Source of the DNA: a virus
Length of the DNA stretch: 64,000 bases
Virus record (IMG/VR): IMGVR_UViG_3300027971_000044
Coordinates: 1 to 64,000 of that record
Reading direction: 5' to 3' (one strand)
Both the position numbers and the translations under genes were made by a program. The notes under the pieces are model-generated. The model was not told where the DNA came from, did not search any database, and saw only the letters and a program-made list of their open reading frames with translations. This document shows, piece after piece, positions 25,441 to 33,973 of the stretch (the stretch's first letter is position 1; every line of letters begins with the position of its first letter).

Positions 25441-28025
25441 TGAGCAGAATCAGAGATATAGCAAATTTATTCAGCGCAAATACGTCGGCAGCGACGGACT
25501 CTGAAGTAACTACTGCTATCTCTGCACATAACTCTTCAACAACAACAGTACATGGTATTTCTGATACTGCCGCCCTTGCTACATCTACATCTGTAACATC
25601 TGCAATATCAACACATAATACAACTGCTAATGGACATGTTAAGAGAGGCAATACTGCTTCTCGTCCCGCTTCACCTACAACTGGTGACATGTATATGAAT
25701 ACACAATTAGGCTACCCAGAATTTTATGAAGGAACGGCATGGATTCCAATTGGAGCAGATCCAACTGCGCCATCATCTGTAGTTGCTACAAACTCAGGAT
25801 CTGGGCGGGCATTCAATAATGGTCAAGCATCTGTTGCATTTACAGCAGGAACAGTACCAGGATCTAGCTATACAATAACATCTTCCCCAGGTTCTTATTA
25901 TAATACTGGCTCATCATCTCCCATCCTTGTATCAGGATTGCAATCAAATACATCTTATACTTTTACTGCCACCGCATCAAATGTTTATAACACATCTGTT
26001 GCCTCATCTGCGAGTAGCGCAATTACTGCAACTACAGTGCCTGCTGCACCAAGCGTAAGCGCTGTTGGAGCAAATCAATCAGCTACACTTACATTAACAG
26101 GTGCAACAGGTGGCTCTGCAATTACTTCATGGTCAATTACATCAAGCCCAGCAACTACAACACAAACAGCTTCATCTTCACCTTATACTTTTACTGGACT
26201 TACAAATGGCACATCTTATACATTTACTGCTACAGCAACAAATGTTAATGGTACATCAGCAGCAAGTAGCGCAAGCAGTAGCATAACTGCAGTAAACCCA
26301 GACTTTGCTGTTAATTATTTAGTCATAGCAGGCGGCGGTGGCGGCGGAGGCGGAGTAAATAATGGCGGTGGTGGCGGAGGTGCTGGAGGATTACGTTCAA
26401 CCGTAACAGCAACAGGCGGCGGAGGCTCCCTTGAGTCCCCAATAACTGTTTCAAGTAACACTGCTTACACAGTTATAGTCGGAGCAGGCGGCGGCGGCGG
26501 TAGCGGTAGCTCATTAGATAGTACCCAAGGTACAGATTCTGTATTTTCTACAATTACCTCAACAGGTGGTGGCAAAGGTTCAAATGTAGATAGCGATGGT
26601 GGCTACACTGCTAGTGGTGGCGCAGGTGGTTCGGGTGGCGGTGGTTACGGTAGCAACCCACGATCAGGTGGAACAAGAACTGCAAGCCCCGTACAAGGGT
26701 TTAATGGTGGTGGTGTAAGTGGTAGTATTTGGGATGGCGCAGGTGGCGGTGGCGGTGCTGGTGCTGTTGGCGGGGATGGTGTGGCAGGAACCTCATCACC
26801 TGCTTCAACATCAGGTTCTGGTGGTAACGGTATAGCAGTTGCAATTTCAGGTTCATCTATTACTTATGCTGGAGGCGGCGGCGGTGCTTCAAGATATGGT
26901 TCTGACGGTGCAGGAGGCTCAGGAGGCGGAGGTGCTGGTGGCGCAGTAGGATCATCTGGTGGTTCAGGATCAGAAAACTTTGGCGCAGGTGGTGGCGCAG
27001 GTGGAGGTGGCACAGGCGGTGCAGGAGGTTCAGGTATTGTAATTATTCGATACGCAGGACTTACACAAAAAGCAACAGGTGGAACTGTAACCAATGATGG
27101 TACAAATACAATACATACATTTACTTCTTCAGGAAGCTTCTATACTGGAATTATAAGTTCTGTTAAAGCAACAGGCGGAAATATTTCAACTGATGGTACT
27201 TATTGGTATCACGCATTTACTGGCACAGGAACATTTACTCCTACACAATCTATAACTACCGAAATTTTAGTAATTGCAGGCGGCGGCGGCGGTGCTTCTA
27301 ATACTTCAGGAGGTTCTTCAGGTGGTACAGGCGGAGGAGGTGCTGGTGGATTAAGATTACTTACTTCTCAATCTTTAACAGTAACTGCCTATACTTGCAC
27401 CGTAGGAAGCGGTGGCGCAGGATCAGTATCATCTGGATTCAGTGGTTCTAATGGACTTAATTCATCAATTTCTGGTTCAGGATTTACAACTATTACTGCT
27501 TCAGGCGGCGGCGGCGGTTCGGGAACTGGATCTGGTAATGGTCTTGCAGGAGGCTCAGGAGGAGGCGGATATGGATATCCATTAAATACACATAATGGCG
27601 GTGCTGGTAACTCAGGTGGATATGCTACAGTTGAAGGTTACGCTGGTGGTAGAGGTTATACAGATGGCGTAAATTATACTACTGGTGGTGGCGGAGGAGG
27701 CTCAGCCGCAGCAGCAACACAAAAACTTAATAGTAACGGTGCTGACGGTGGGGCTGGAACACAGCTGACTGCTTGGTCTACAGCAACTGGCACTGGTGTT
27801 TCTGGTTATTATGCTGGCGGCGGAGGCGGCGGCGGAAGCATAAACGGTGGTGTTGGTGGAACTGGTTCAGCAGGTGGTGGTAATGGAAGCGCAATTGGCG
27901 CTAATGCTTTTAGTGCAAGAGTAAACACTGGCTCAGGAGGAGGCGGTGTTGGTGGTGGTTCAAGCGCTTTCTACCGAGGCGGCACGGGTGGTTCAGGAAT
28001 TATTATAGTGAGGTACCCAGTATAA
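25440..28025 (+). CDS. glycine-rich adhesin-like virion protein 6 (2 FN3 + two Gly-rich domains)
   Basis: N-terminus paralogous to 18899, double Gly-rich C-terminus paralogous to 15803. Confidence 0.8.
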   Translation: MSRIRDIANLFSANTSAATDSEVTTAISAHNSSTTTVHGISDTAALATSTSVTSAISTHNTTANGHVKRGNTASRPASPTTGDMYMNTQLGYPEFYEGTAWIPIGADPTAPSSVVATNSGSGRAFNNGQASVAFTAGTVPGSSYTITSSPGSYYNTGSSSPILVSGLQSNTSYTFTATASNVYNTSVASSASSAITATTVPAAPSVSAVGANQSATLTLTGATGGSAITSWSITSSPATTTQTASSSPYTFTGLTNGTSYTFTATATNVNGTSAASSASSSITAVNPDFAVNYLVIAGGGGGGGGVNNGGGGGGAGGLRSTVTATGGGGSLESPITVSSNTAYTVIVGAGGGGGSGSSLDSTQGTDSVFSTITSTGGGKGSNVDSDGGYTASGGAGGSGGGGYGSNPRSGGTRTASPVQGFNGGGVSGSIWDGAGGGGGAGAVGGDGVAGTSSPASTSGSGGNGIAVAISGSSITYAGGGGGASRYGSDGAGGSGGGGAGGAVGSSGGSGSENFGAGGGAGGGGTGGAGGSGIVIIRYAGLTQKATGGTVTNDGTNTIHTFTSSGSFYTGIISSVKATGGNISTDGTYWYHAFTGTGTFTPTQSITTEILVIAGGGGGASNTSGGSSGGTGGGGAGGLRLLTSQSLTVTAYTCTVGSGGAGSVSSGFSGSNGLNSSISGSGFTTITASGGGGGSGTGSGNGLAGGSGGGGYGYPLNTHNGGAGNSGGYATVEGYAGGRGYTDGVNYTTGGGGGGSAAAATQKLNSNGADGGAGTQLTAWSTATGTGVSGYYAGGGGGGGSINGGVGGTGSAGGGNGSAIGANAFSARVNTGSGGGGVGGGSSAFYRGGTGGSGIIIVRYPV

Positions 28026-28642
28026 TGGCTAAATTAATAAGAGTATGGGATGGAAGTGCTTGGCAAGAAGTCGGCACCGCTATTCCTAATGGCCTTACAA
28101 CAGATGGAACCCAAACATTAACTAATAAAACAATTAATCTTGCCAGTAATACTTTTACTGGAACTACCGCCCAATTTAATACGGCATTATCTGATGCCGA
28201 CTTTACAACTTTGGCGGGAACCCAAACATTAACTAATAAAACTATATCTGGTGCATCTAATACTTTAACTAATATTGGAAATGCCTCCCTAACTAATTCA
28301 GCAATTACCGTTAATGGGTCCGCCGTTTCTTTGGGCGGAAGCGTAACAATAGTTACAGGTCCAGCATCATCTGCGGTATCATCTAATATAACAATGGCGG
28401 CTAACAATAATTACTTTGTAAATACTTCAGCGGCAAGAACACTTACTCTTCCTGCCAGCCCTACCCTAGGAGACACTATTGCAATATATGATGCATCAGG
28501 GACGGCGGCAACAAACAATATTACAATAGCAAGAAACGGCAGCAATATTAATGGAGTAGCAGATAATGCTATAATAGATGTAAATCAATCAAGTTCAGTA
28601 TTTATATATACAGGCGCAACAGTTGGGTGGAGGTTCGATTAA
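28025..28642 (+). CDS. adaptor-like protein with TQTLTNKT repeats and gp9/10-like module
   Basis: MAKLIRVWDG.. (compare 15399 MAKTVKIWNG); ends YTGATVGWRFD. Confidence 0.7.
   Translation: MAKLIRVWDGSAWQEVGTAIPNGLTTDGTQTLTNKTINLASNTFTGTTAQFNTALSDADFTTLAGTQTLTNKTISGASNTLTNIGNASLTNSAITVNGSAVSLGGSVTIVTGPASSAVSSNITMAANNNYFVNTSAARTLTLPASPTLGDTIAIYDASGTAATNNITIARNGSNINGVADNAIIDVNQSSSVFIYTGATVGWRFD
28106..28242 (+). repeat. 26 bp exact direct repeat (GTQTLTNKT)
   Basis: GGAACCCAAACATTAACTAATAAAAC at 28106-28131 and 28217-28242. Confidence 0.85.
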
Positions 28643-30159
28643 TGGCAATTAGAAAATCAGGTATATCAGGTATTCCTTTTGGAAATACAGCAGCACGTCC
28701 TGCTAGTCCATCATTGGGTCAGCCATATTTTAACGGCGAAGTTGGAAGACTTGAGCTATACTCATCAAACGGTTGGCAGAACATTGTTCAGGAAACTCCT
28801 GGTATATCTAGCGCATCTGGAACATATAATCAATCTACAGGTTCTGGAACATTTACAATTTCAGGAACTAACTTTGTTGATGGAGGAATTGCATATGCAG
28901 TTGGAACAAACGCAACTGAGTATCAAGCAACTACAACAACATATAATTCAATTGTTCAAATGACTGCTTTATTTACTGGTCTGTCACCAGATTACGAGCC
29001 ATATGATATTAAGGTTACAAATCCTTCAAATTTATTTGGATTATTACCAGACGCATTTTATATAAATGATTCACCAGTATGGAGCACATCCTCTGGTTCA
29101 TTAGGAACCTATACTGGATCTAGTATTCAATTGGCAGCAACTGATGATGAATCAAATACAATTACGTATTCTGTAACATCAGGGTCTTTGCCCGCAGGAG
29201 TATCTTTATCATCTAGTGGTTTAATCTCAGGAACAGCAACATCTGCAGGAACATTTACATTTACAGTATCAGCTTCTGATGGAAGCAATACAGCAGTAAC
29301 AAGATCTTTCAGTATTATTGTTTATCCAACAATTTCTGGAGGCTCTTTAACTTCTGATTCAACCTATTATTATAGAGCCTTTACTGGAACTAGTAATTTA
29401 GTAGCTTCTTTGGGAACATTAAATGCAGATGTTCTTGTAGTTGGCGGAGGCGGAGGCGGAGGAAGTTGTATCGGAGGAGGAGGCGGAGCGGGAGGATATA
29501 AAAATCAACAACTTGCAATAACAGCTGGAACGCACACTGTCACAATAGGAGGCGGAGGAACTGGAGTTGCAGGAAGAACCAGCCAATCTACCAATGGCCT
29601 ACCAAGTAGTATAGGATCTTTAATTTCTAGTCTTGGTGGTGGAGGCGGAGGAAGTTATCAGACTTATGCTTTAAATGGCGGTTCAGGAGGCGGAGGAGCA
29701 TCGTACGGCCTTGGGTCAGCTTATTCTGCCAAGGGTCTTGGTACAAGCGGTCAAGGTAACGACGGTGGTGACGGTAACAATAATGTTAGCGATATGTCTG
29801 TTGGTGCAGGCGGCGGAGGAGCAGGAAGTGTAGGTCAAATTGGATCTTTAAATAAAGGTTCTTCAGGCGGAGGCGCTGGGCAAGGAGTTCAAAGTTCAAT
29901 CTCAGGATCTGCTATAACTTATGCAGGCGGAGGAAACGGCGGAGGACATAACGGTGGTTCAGGTCCAGGTCTTGGCGGACAAGGTGGACCAACAACTGCA
30001 GGTTGGAAAAATACTGGTGTTGAAACTGGAAGCAACGGTGTTGTTAATACTGGTTCAGGAGGCGGAGGCGGATCTTATAATGGTGGTGACCCCCGTGGAG
30101 GTGACGGAGGATCAGGAATAGTAATCGTCCGTTACACAAAAGCATCTGTAGGCGGTTAG
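28642..30159 (+). CDS. glycine-rich adhesin-like virion protein 7 (Ig + He_PIG + Gly-rich)
   Basis: Start MAIRKS at the TAATG overlap; N-terminal half paralogous to 13600. Confidence 0.8.
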   Translation: MAIRKSGISGIPFGNTAARPASPSLGQPYFNGEVGRLELYSSNGWQNIVQETPGISSASGTYNQSTGSGTFTISGTNFVDGGIAYAVGTNATEYQATTTTYNSIVQMTALFTGLSPDYEPYDIKVTNPSNLFGLLPDAFYINDSPVWSTSSGSLGTYTGSSIQLAATDDESNTITYSVTSGSLPAGVSLSSSGLISGTATSAGTFTFTVSASDGSNTAVTRSFSIIVYPTISGGSLTSDSTYYYRAFTGTSNLVASLGTLNADVLVVGGGGGGGSCIGGGGGAGGYKNQQLAITAGTHTVTIGGGGTGVAGRTSQSTNGLPSSIGSLISSLGGGGGGSYQTYALNGGSGGGGASYGLGSAYSAKGLGTSGQGNDGGDGNNNVSDMSVGAGGGGAGSVGQIGSLNKGSSGGGAGQGVQSSISGSAITYAGGGNGGGHNGGSGPGLGGQGGPTTAGWKNTGVETGSNGVVNTGSGGGGGSYNGGDPRGGDGGSGIVIVRYTKASVGG

Positions 30160-30162
30160 CCT

Positions 30163-31935
30163 ATGTCATATCAACTTAAAGTAATTAAAGACTATCCTAT
30201 CGGCTTCTGGCCATTGGATGAGTCTTCTGGCACCACCGCCCTAGATATTTCTGGATGTGGCAATACAGGTACATACACTGGCGGAATTACAACAGGATTA
30301 ATTCCACTTGTTTCAGGCGGAGCAAATGGATCCCTTATAACTAATACTAAATACATAACATTACCCGTAACTAAAGATTATTATGGATCTACCGCCGATG
30401 GCGGATTTGCAGATACAAACTCATCAGATAATGCATTCTCATTAGAGGTGTGGTTCTATCCTAAAATTACAACAACTGGCCTAACAACTATATTTGCAGA
30501 CTCTACAAAAAATGTTGGAATCTTCTATGAAAAGGGAAACATAGTATTTAAACTTGAGGCGGAAAGACTTGATTATACTTTACCTAATATCAGCCAATCT
30601 CATCATATTGTAGCTACATACTCTGTTACAGAAATGTCATTATATGTAGATGGCAAATTTGCTGTAAGCAAACCTTTAACTAATTATAACTTTACCAATG
30701 CCACAATTACATTAAAATTGGGGCCAACCCCAAATGCATCTGATTCTTTTATTGTAGATGCTCCAGCAGTATATAGATATGCTTTGGGATTAGATAGAAT
30801 TGTAGAACATTTTGAATACTCTGGTACCACTTCTCCCCTTCAAATTTCATATCCAGATGGTGGAACATTATTTGAAATATATGATGATAGCGTAAGCAAG
30901 CAATTTAATTTTGCATATCCCGCCAACCGCCCATTAGAATATTTTGCTACAGAGTATTTATCCTATAACACAGAAGAGAAATGTTTAGAGATTAAGAAAA
31001 CGGCCTCTGCAGCCTCTAGGAGCGTAGTTGTGACAGACGCCATAGCAATTCCTGCAGGATTCGATCTGGACTCCTCTAAGATAGAGTGGAACGGCGATAA
31101 CGGGGTCTCTGTAAGAACTTCTATAGATGGAACAACATGGCAAGCATGTGCTAATGGGAAAGCCATTCCTCAATTTAGATTAGGAGCATTTAGTTCTGAA
31201 AGAACCCTTTATCTTGAGATAACATTTACCTCATCAGATACAACTAAATTCCTTCCACGACTTTATAGCCTTCTAGTGTGCTTTTATAAAGATCAGGTTT
31301 TATATTCCCCTAGCAACCCAGACTACATTTATACAATAGAGGCGACATCTGGATTTGCTTCAAAAGATATGACTCTAGGAAGAATTAGATACCCTATTTT
31401 GTCCCGCCAAAAGCTAAATGGGCTGACAACAGCAGAAGGGGCGGGATTCAAAATTAACACCGCAGAATCAATTAGAACAATAGAGTTCTTCTTAACCCTA
31501 TCAGATTTATCAACAAATTCTATTTTGTTAAGCGGAGCAAATGGAAACTTTGTATCCGCAAGATATTCATGGATAACAAATGGAACTCTTACTAAATCTA
31601 ATATATCTGCTATTTATGTAAATGGAGTAAACCAGACATCCCAAACAAATGTAGCCTCAGTATTTACAGCAAATGAGCTTTACCATGTGGTAATAGTAAC
31701 AAGTGGGCCAATTACAGGAGCAATCCTATTTAATCACACAGCAACAGGGGGTCCTTCTAGCCTTTATCAGTATATCTCTTATTACCCGTCCGCCTTTAAT
31801 TCAACCCTTGCCTTGTCTCACTATAATATGCACATAGGTAGATCAGCCACAATTGCAGACGATTCGTCCATAACTTTGACAGAAAACTCTGTAGACTTCT
31901 ACGACAATGACTGGATTGTGTTGCAGAGTATATAA
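30163..31935 (+). CDS. virion protein with LamG/ConA-like lectin domain
   Basis: PIGFWPLDE, FSLEVWF, HHIVATY...LYVDG, AVYRYAL. Confidence 0.8.
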   Translation: MSYQLKVIKDYPIGFWPLDESSGTTALDISGCGNTGTYTGGITTGLIPLVSGGANGSLITNTKYITLPVTKDYYGSTADGGFADTNSSDNAFSLEVWFYPKITTTGLTTIFADSTKNVGIFYEKGNIVFKLEAERLDYTLPNISQSHHIVATYSVTEMSLYVDGKFAVSKPLTNYNFTNATITLKLGPTPNASDSFIVDAPAVYRYALGLDRIVEHFEYSGTTSPLQISYPDGGTLFEIYDDSVSKQFNFAYPANRPLEYFATEYLSYNTEEKCLEIKKTASAASRSVVVTDAIAIPAGFDLDSSKIEWNGDNGVSVRTSIDGTTWQACANGKAIPQFRLGAFSSERTLYLEITFTSSDTTKFLPRLYSLLVCFYKDQVLYSPSNPDYIYTIEATSGFASKDMTLGRIRYPILSRQKLNGLTTAEGAGFKINTAESIRTIEFFLTLSDLSTNSILLSGANGNFVSARYSWITNGTLTKSNISAIYVNGVNQTSQTNVASVFTANELYHVVIVTSGPITGAILFNHTATGGPSSLYQYISYYPSAFNSTLALSHYNMHIGRSATIADDSSITLTENSVDFYDNDWIVLQSI

Positions 31936-31998
31936 ATTTGTCCAACTTTGTGACAAAAAGCTGGACTTGTGTATGAAATAATGGTAAAATAAATTACT

Positions 31999-32340
31999 AT
32001 GGATATTAATCGCATAAATACCAAAGTCCTTGAAGAAGAATCTACTCTTGGGATATATGTTTGGGAAATGCCAGACGGCAGATGGATAGGAGATGACGAT
32101 GGGAACTTTCTTTCAGTCACGTCCAAAAAAGGAAATAGATCCAGAATCGATGCTTTGGCTAGAGAAGTTCGCTCATTCGGTATTTATGAAGGCGGGCCTA
32201 AATTTCTTTCTGCAAGAAGAAAAATTGACGATGAAGAATTCCAACACCAAAAGCAAAGACTTGACTGGGGACTAGTCCCAGACCCACTAGATATTGGAAG
32301 CTATAAAGACGATATGAAAAAGTTAAGGGGTATAAGATGA
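31999..32340 (+). CDS. hypothetical head-module protein upstream of portal
   Basis: GIYVW..PDG..GD..GNFL..., GLVPDP.D.G; promoter TGGACT-N17-TAAAAT directly upstream. Confidence 0.75.
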   Translation: MDINRINTKVLEEESTLGIYVWEMPDGRWIGDDDGNFLSVTSKKGNRSRIDALAREVRSFGIYEGGPKFLSARRKIDDEEFQHQKQRLDWGLVPDPLDIGSYKDDMKKLRGIR

Positions 32341-33920
32341 GCGTAGAGTTTATTGACGATGAAAGTTCTGAAAACATAATTGATATTTCAAACACAGCAG
32401 ACTGGTTCTCCTTAAAAAAGGATCAAGTAAGCAATGACCCATTTGCTGCTGGGATAGATGAATTAAAAAAAGTTAGAGGATTAGGTTCCTCATTTAAGCG
32501 TAAGGTAAGCAGAGAGTTTTCTAAATCGCTTACTGGTGTAGAAGGAACGGGAACACAGCAAAACCTACTAGCACAAGCTATTACAGGATATGCTATGTTC
32601 GACTTAGTAGAGCCAACATATAACCTTGAATACCTATCGGTTGTATACGAAACATCAACATACAACTATGCAGCAATTAATGCAAAGGTTGCAAACATTG
32701 TTGGACTAGGCTATGACTTTGTAGAAACAAAGAAAACAAATGATGCACTAGATGCACTCACAGATGATAAGTCTCTTGAAAGAGCACGTAGAAAAATAAG
32801 CAAGTTGCGACAAGATATTCACGCATGGCTAGACACTACAAATGATGAAGACACATTTACTCAAACTTTAATTAAAACCTATACAGATTTAGAAGCAACA
32901 GGAAATGGCTATATTGAAATTGGTAGAACAACTGGCGGAAACATTGGATACATTGGGCATATACCAGCAAAAACAATGCGTGTACGTAGACTAAGAGATG
33001 GCTTTATTCAATTGCTATATGGCAAGGCTGTTTACTTCAATAACTTTGGAGACACAGAAACAGAGAACCCAATTGCTGGACAAGAAGATCGCCCTAATGA
33101 AATTATTCATTTAAAGAAATATACCCCTATGAATAACTACTACGGCATTCCAGACATTATTGCAGCACAGGTAGCACTTGCAGGAAATGAACTATCTGGC
33201 AGATATAACCTAGACTACTTTGAAAATAAAGCGGTCCCAAGATATATTATTACAGTAAAGGGAGCAAAGCTTTCTCCAGAGTCAGAGAGAAAATTGCTTG
33301 AATTTTTCCAGGTCGGATTAAAGGGAAAGAATCATAGATCCCTATATATTCCACTTCCAGGAGATACCCCAGACTCAAAGACAGAATTTAAGATGGAGCC
33401 AGTGGAGGCAAATCCACAGGAATCTTCATTTAATATTTATCGTAAATCAAATAGAGATGAAATCCTATTGGCCCACCGTGTCCCAATTAATAAGATTGGA
33501 ACTCCAGAAGGCGTAAATTTGGCAGTGGCAAGAGATGCGGATAAAACATTTAAAGAGCAGGTTTGCCGTCCAGCCCAAATGATTTTAGAGAAGAAAGTAA
33601 ATAAAATATTTGAGGAAAAGACAGATGCCCTAGCACTTAAATTTAATGAATTAACTTTAACTGATGAAGATACTCAGTCTAAAATTGACGAAAGATATTT
33701 AAGAATGCAGGTAATTACCCCTAATGAAGTTAGAATTAGAAAGGGAATGATTCCTCTAGATGGCGGAGATCAGGTTATTGAACTTAAAGGTCCAGCAAAA
33801 GCCGAGCAGACAGCGGTGGCTGGAAATACTAGACAAAGATCTCAAGATCGCCAAGCAAATACCCCAGATATTTCTGGTGAGGGAAGAAATGCTAAAGGCG
33901 ATGGCAGACAGGTTGACTAA
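32337..33920 (+). CDS. portal protein (PBSX-like)
   Basis: ATGNGYIE, IPAKTMRV, NEIIHLK, YYGIPD, YFENKAVP, ILLAHRVP..KIG, TPNEVR. Confidence 0.92.
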   Translation: MSVEFIDDESSENIIDISNTADWFSLKKDQVSNDPFAAGIDELKKVRGLGSSFKRKVSREFSKSLTGVEGTGTQQNLLAQAITGYAMFDLVEPTYNLEYLSVVYETSTYNYAAINAKVANIVGLGYDFVETKKTNDALDALTDDKSLERARRKISKLRQDIHAWLDTTNDEDTFTQTLIKTYTDLEATGNGYIEIGRTTGGNIGYIGHIPAKTMRVRRLRDGFIQLLYGKAVYFNNFGDTETENPIAGQEDRPNEIIHLKKYTPMNNYYGIPDIIAAQVALAGNELSGRYNLDYFENKAVPRYIITVKGAKLSPESERKLLEFFQVGLKGKNHRSLYIPLPGDTPDSKTEFKMEPVEANPQESSFNIYRKSNRDEILLAHRVPINKIGTPEGVNLAVARDADKTFKEQVCRPAQMILEKKVNKIFEEKTDALALKFNELTLTDEDTQSKIDERYLRMQVITPNEVRIRKGMIPLDGGDQVIELKGPAKAEQTAVAGNTRQRSQDRQANTPDISGEGRNAKGDGRQVD

Positions 33921-33937
33921 CCCCACTCAACTGTTAT

Positions 33938-33966
33938 TTGCCTTTTTATCTATAAGTCGCTAAAAT
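33938..33966 (+). promoter_or_regulatory. promoter of protease/capsid genes
   Basis: TTGCCT-N17-TAAAAT, ATG 7 nt downstream. Confidence 0.55.
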
Positions 33967-33973
33967 TAAGCAT

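Noticed and set aside
10237-30159. Diversity-generating retroelement suggested by the Mtd_N domain and paralogous repeats
   Set aside because: No reverse transcriptase in the window and no TR/VR pair differing only at adenines was seen.
13600-30159. GGCGGN runs as CRISPR, microsatellite or PE-PGRS genes
   Set aside because: They are in-frame glycine codons with no repeat-spacer periodicity and no PE domain.
31999-33920. Terminase expected next to the portal
   Set aside because: No Walker A or nuclease terminase motifs here; it is probably encoded outside the window, so its absence is not claimed as a novelty.
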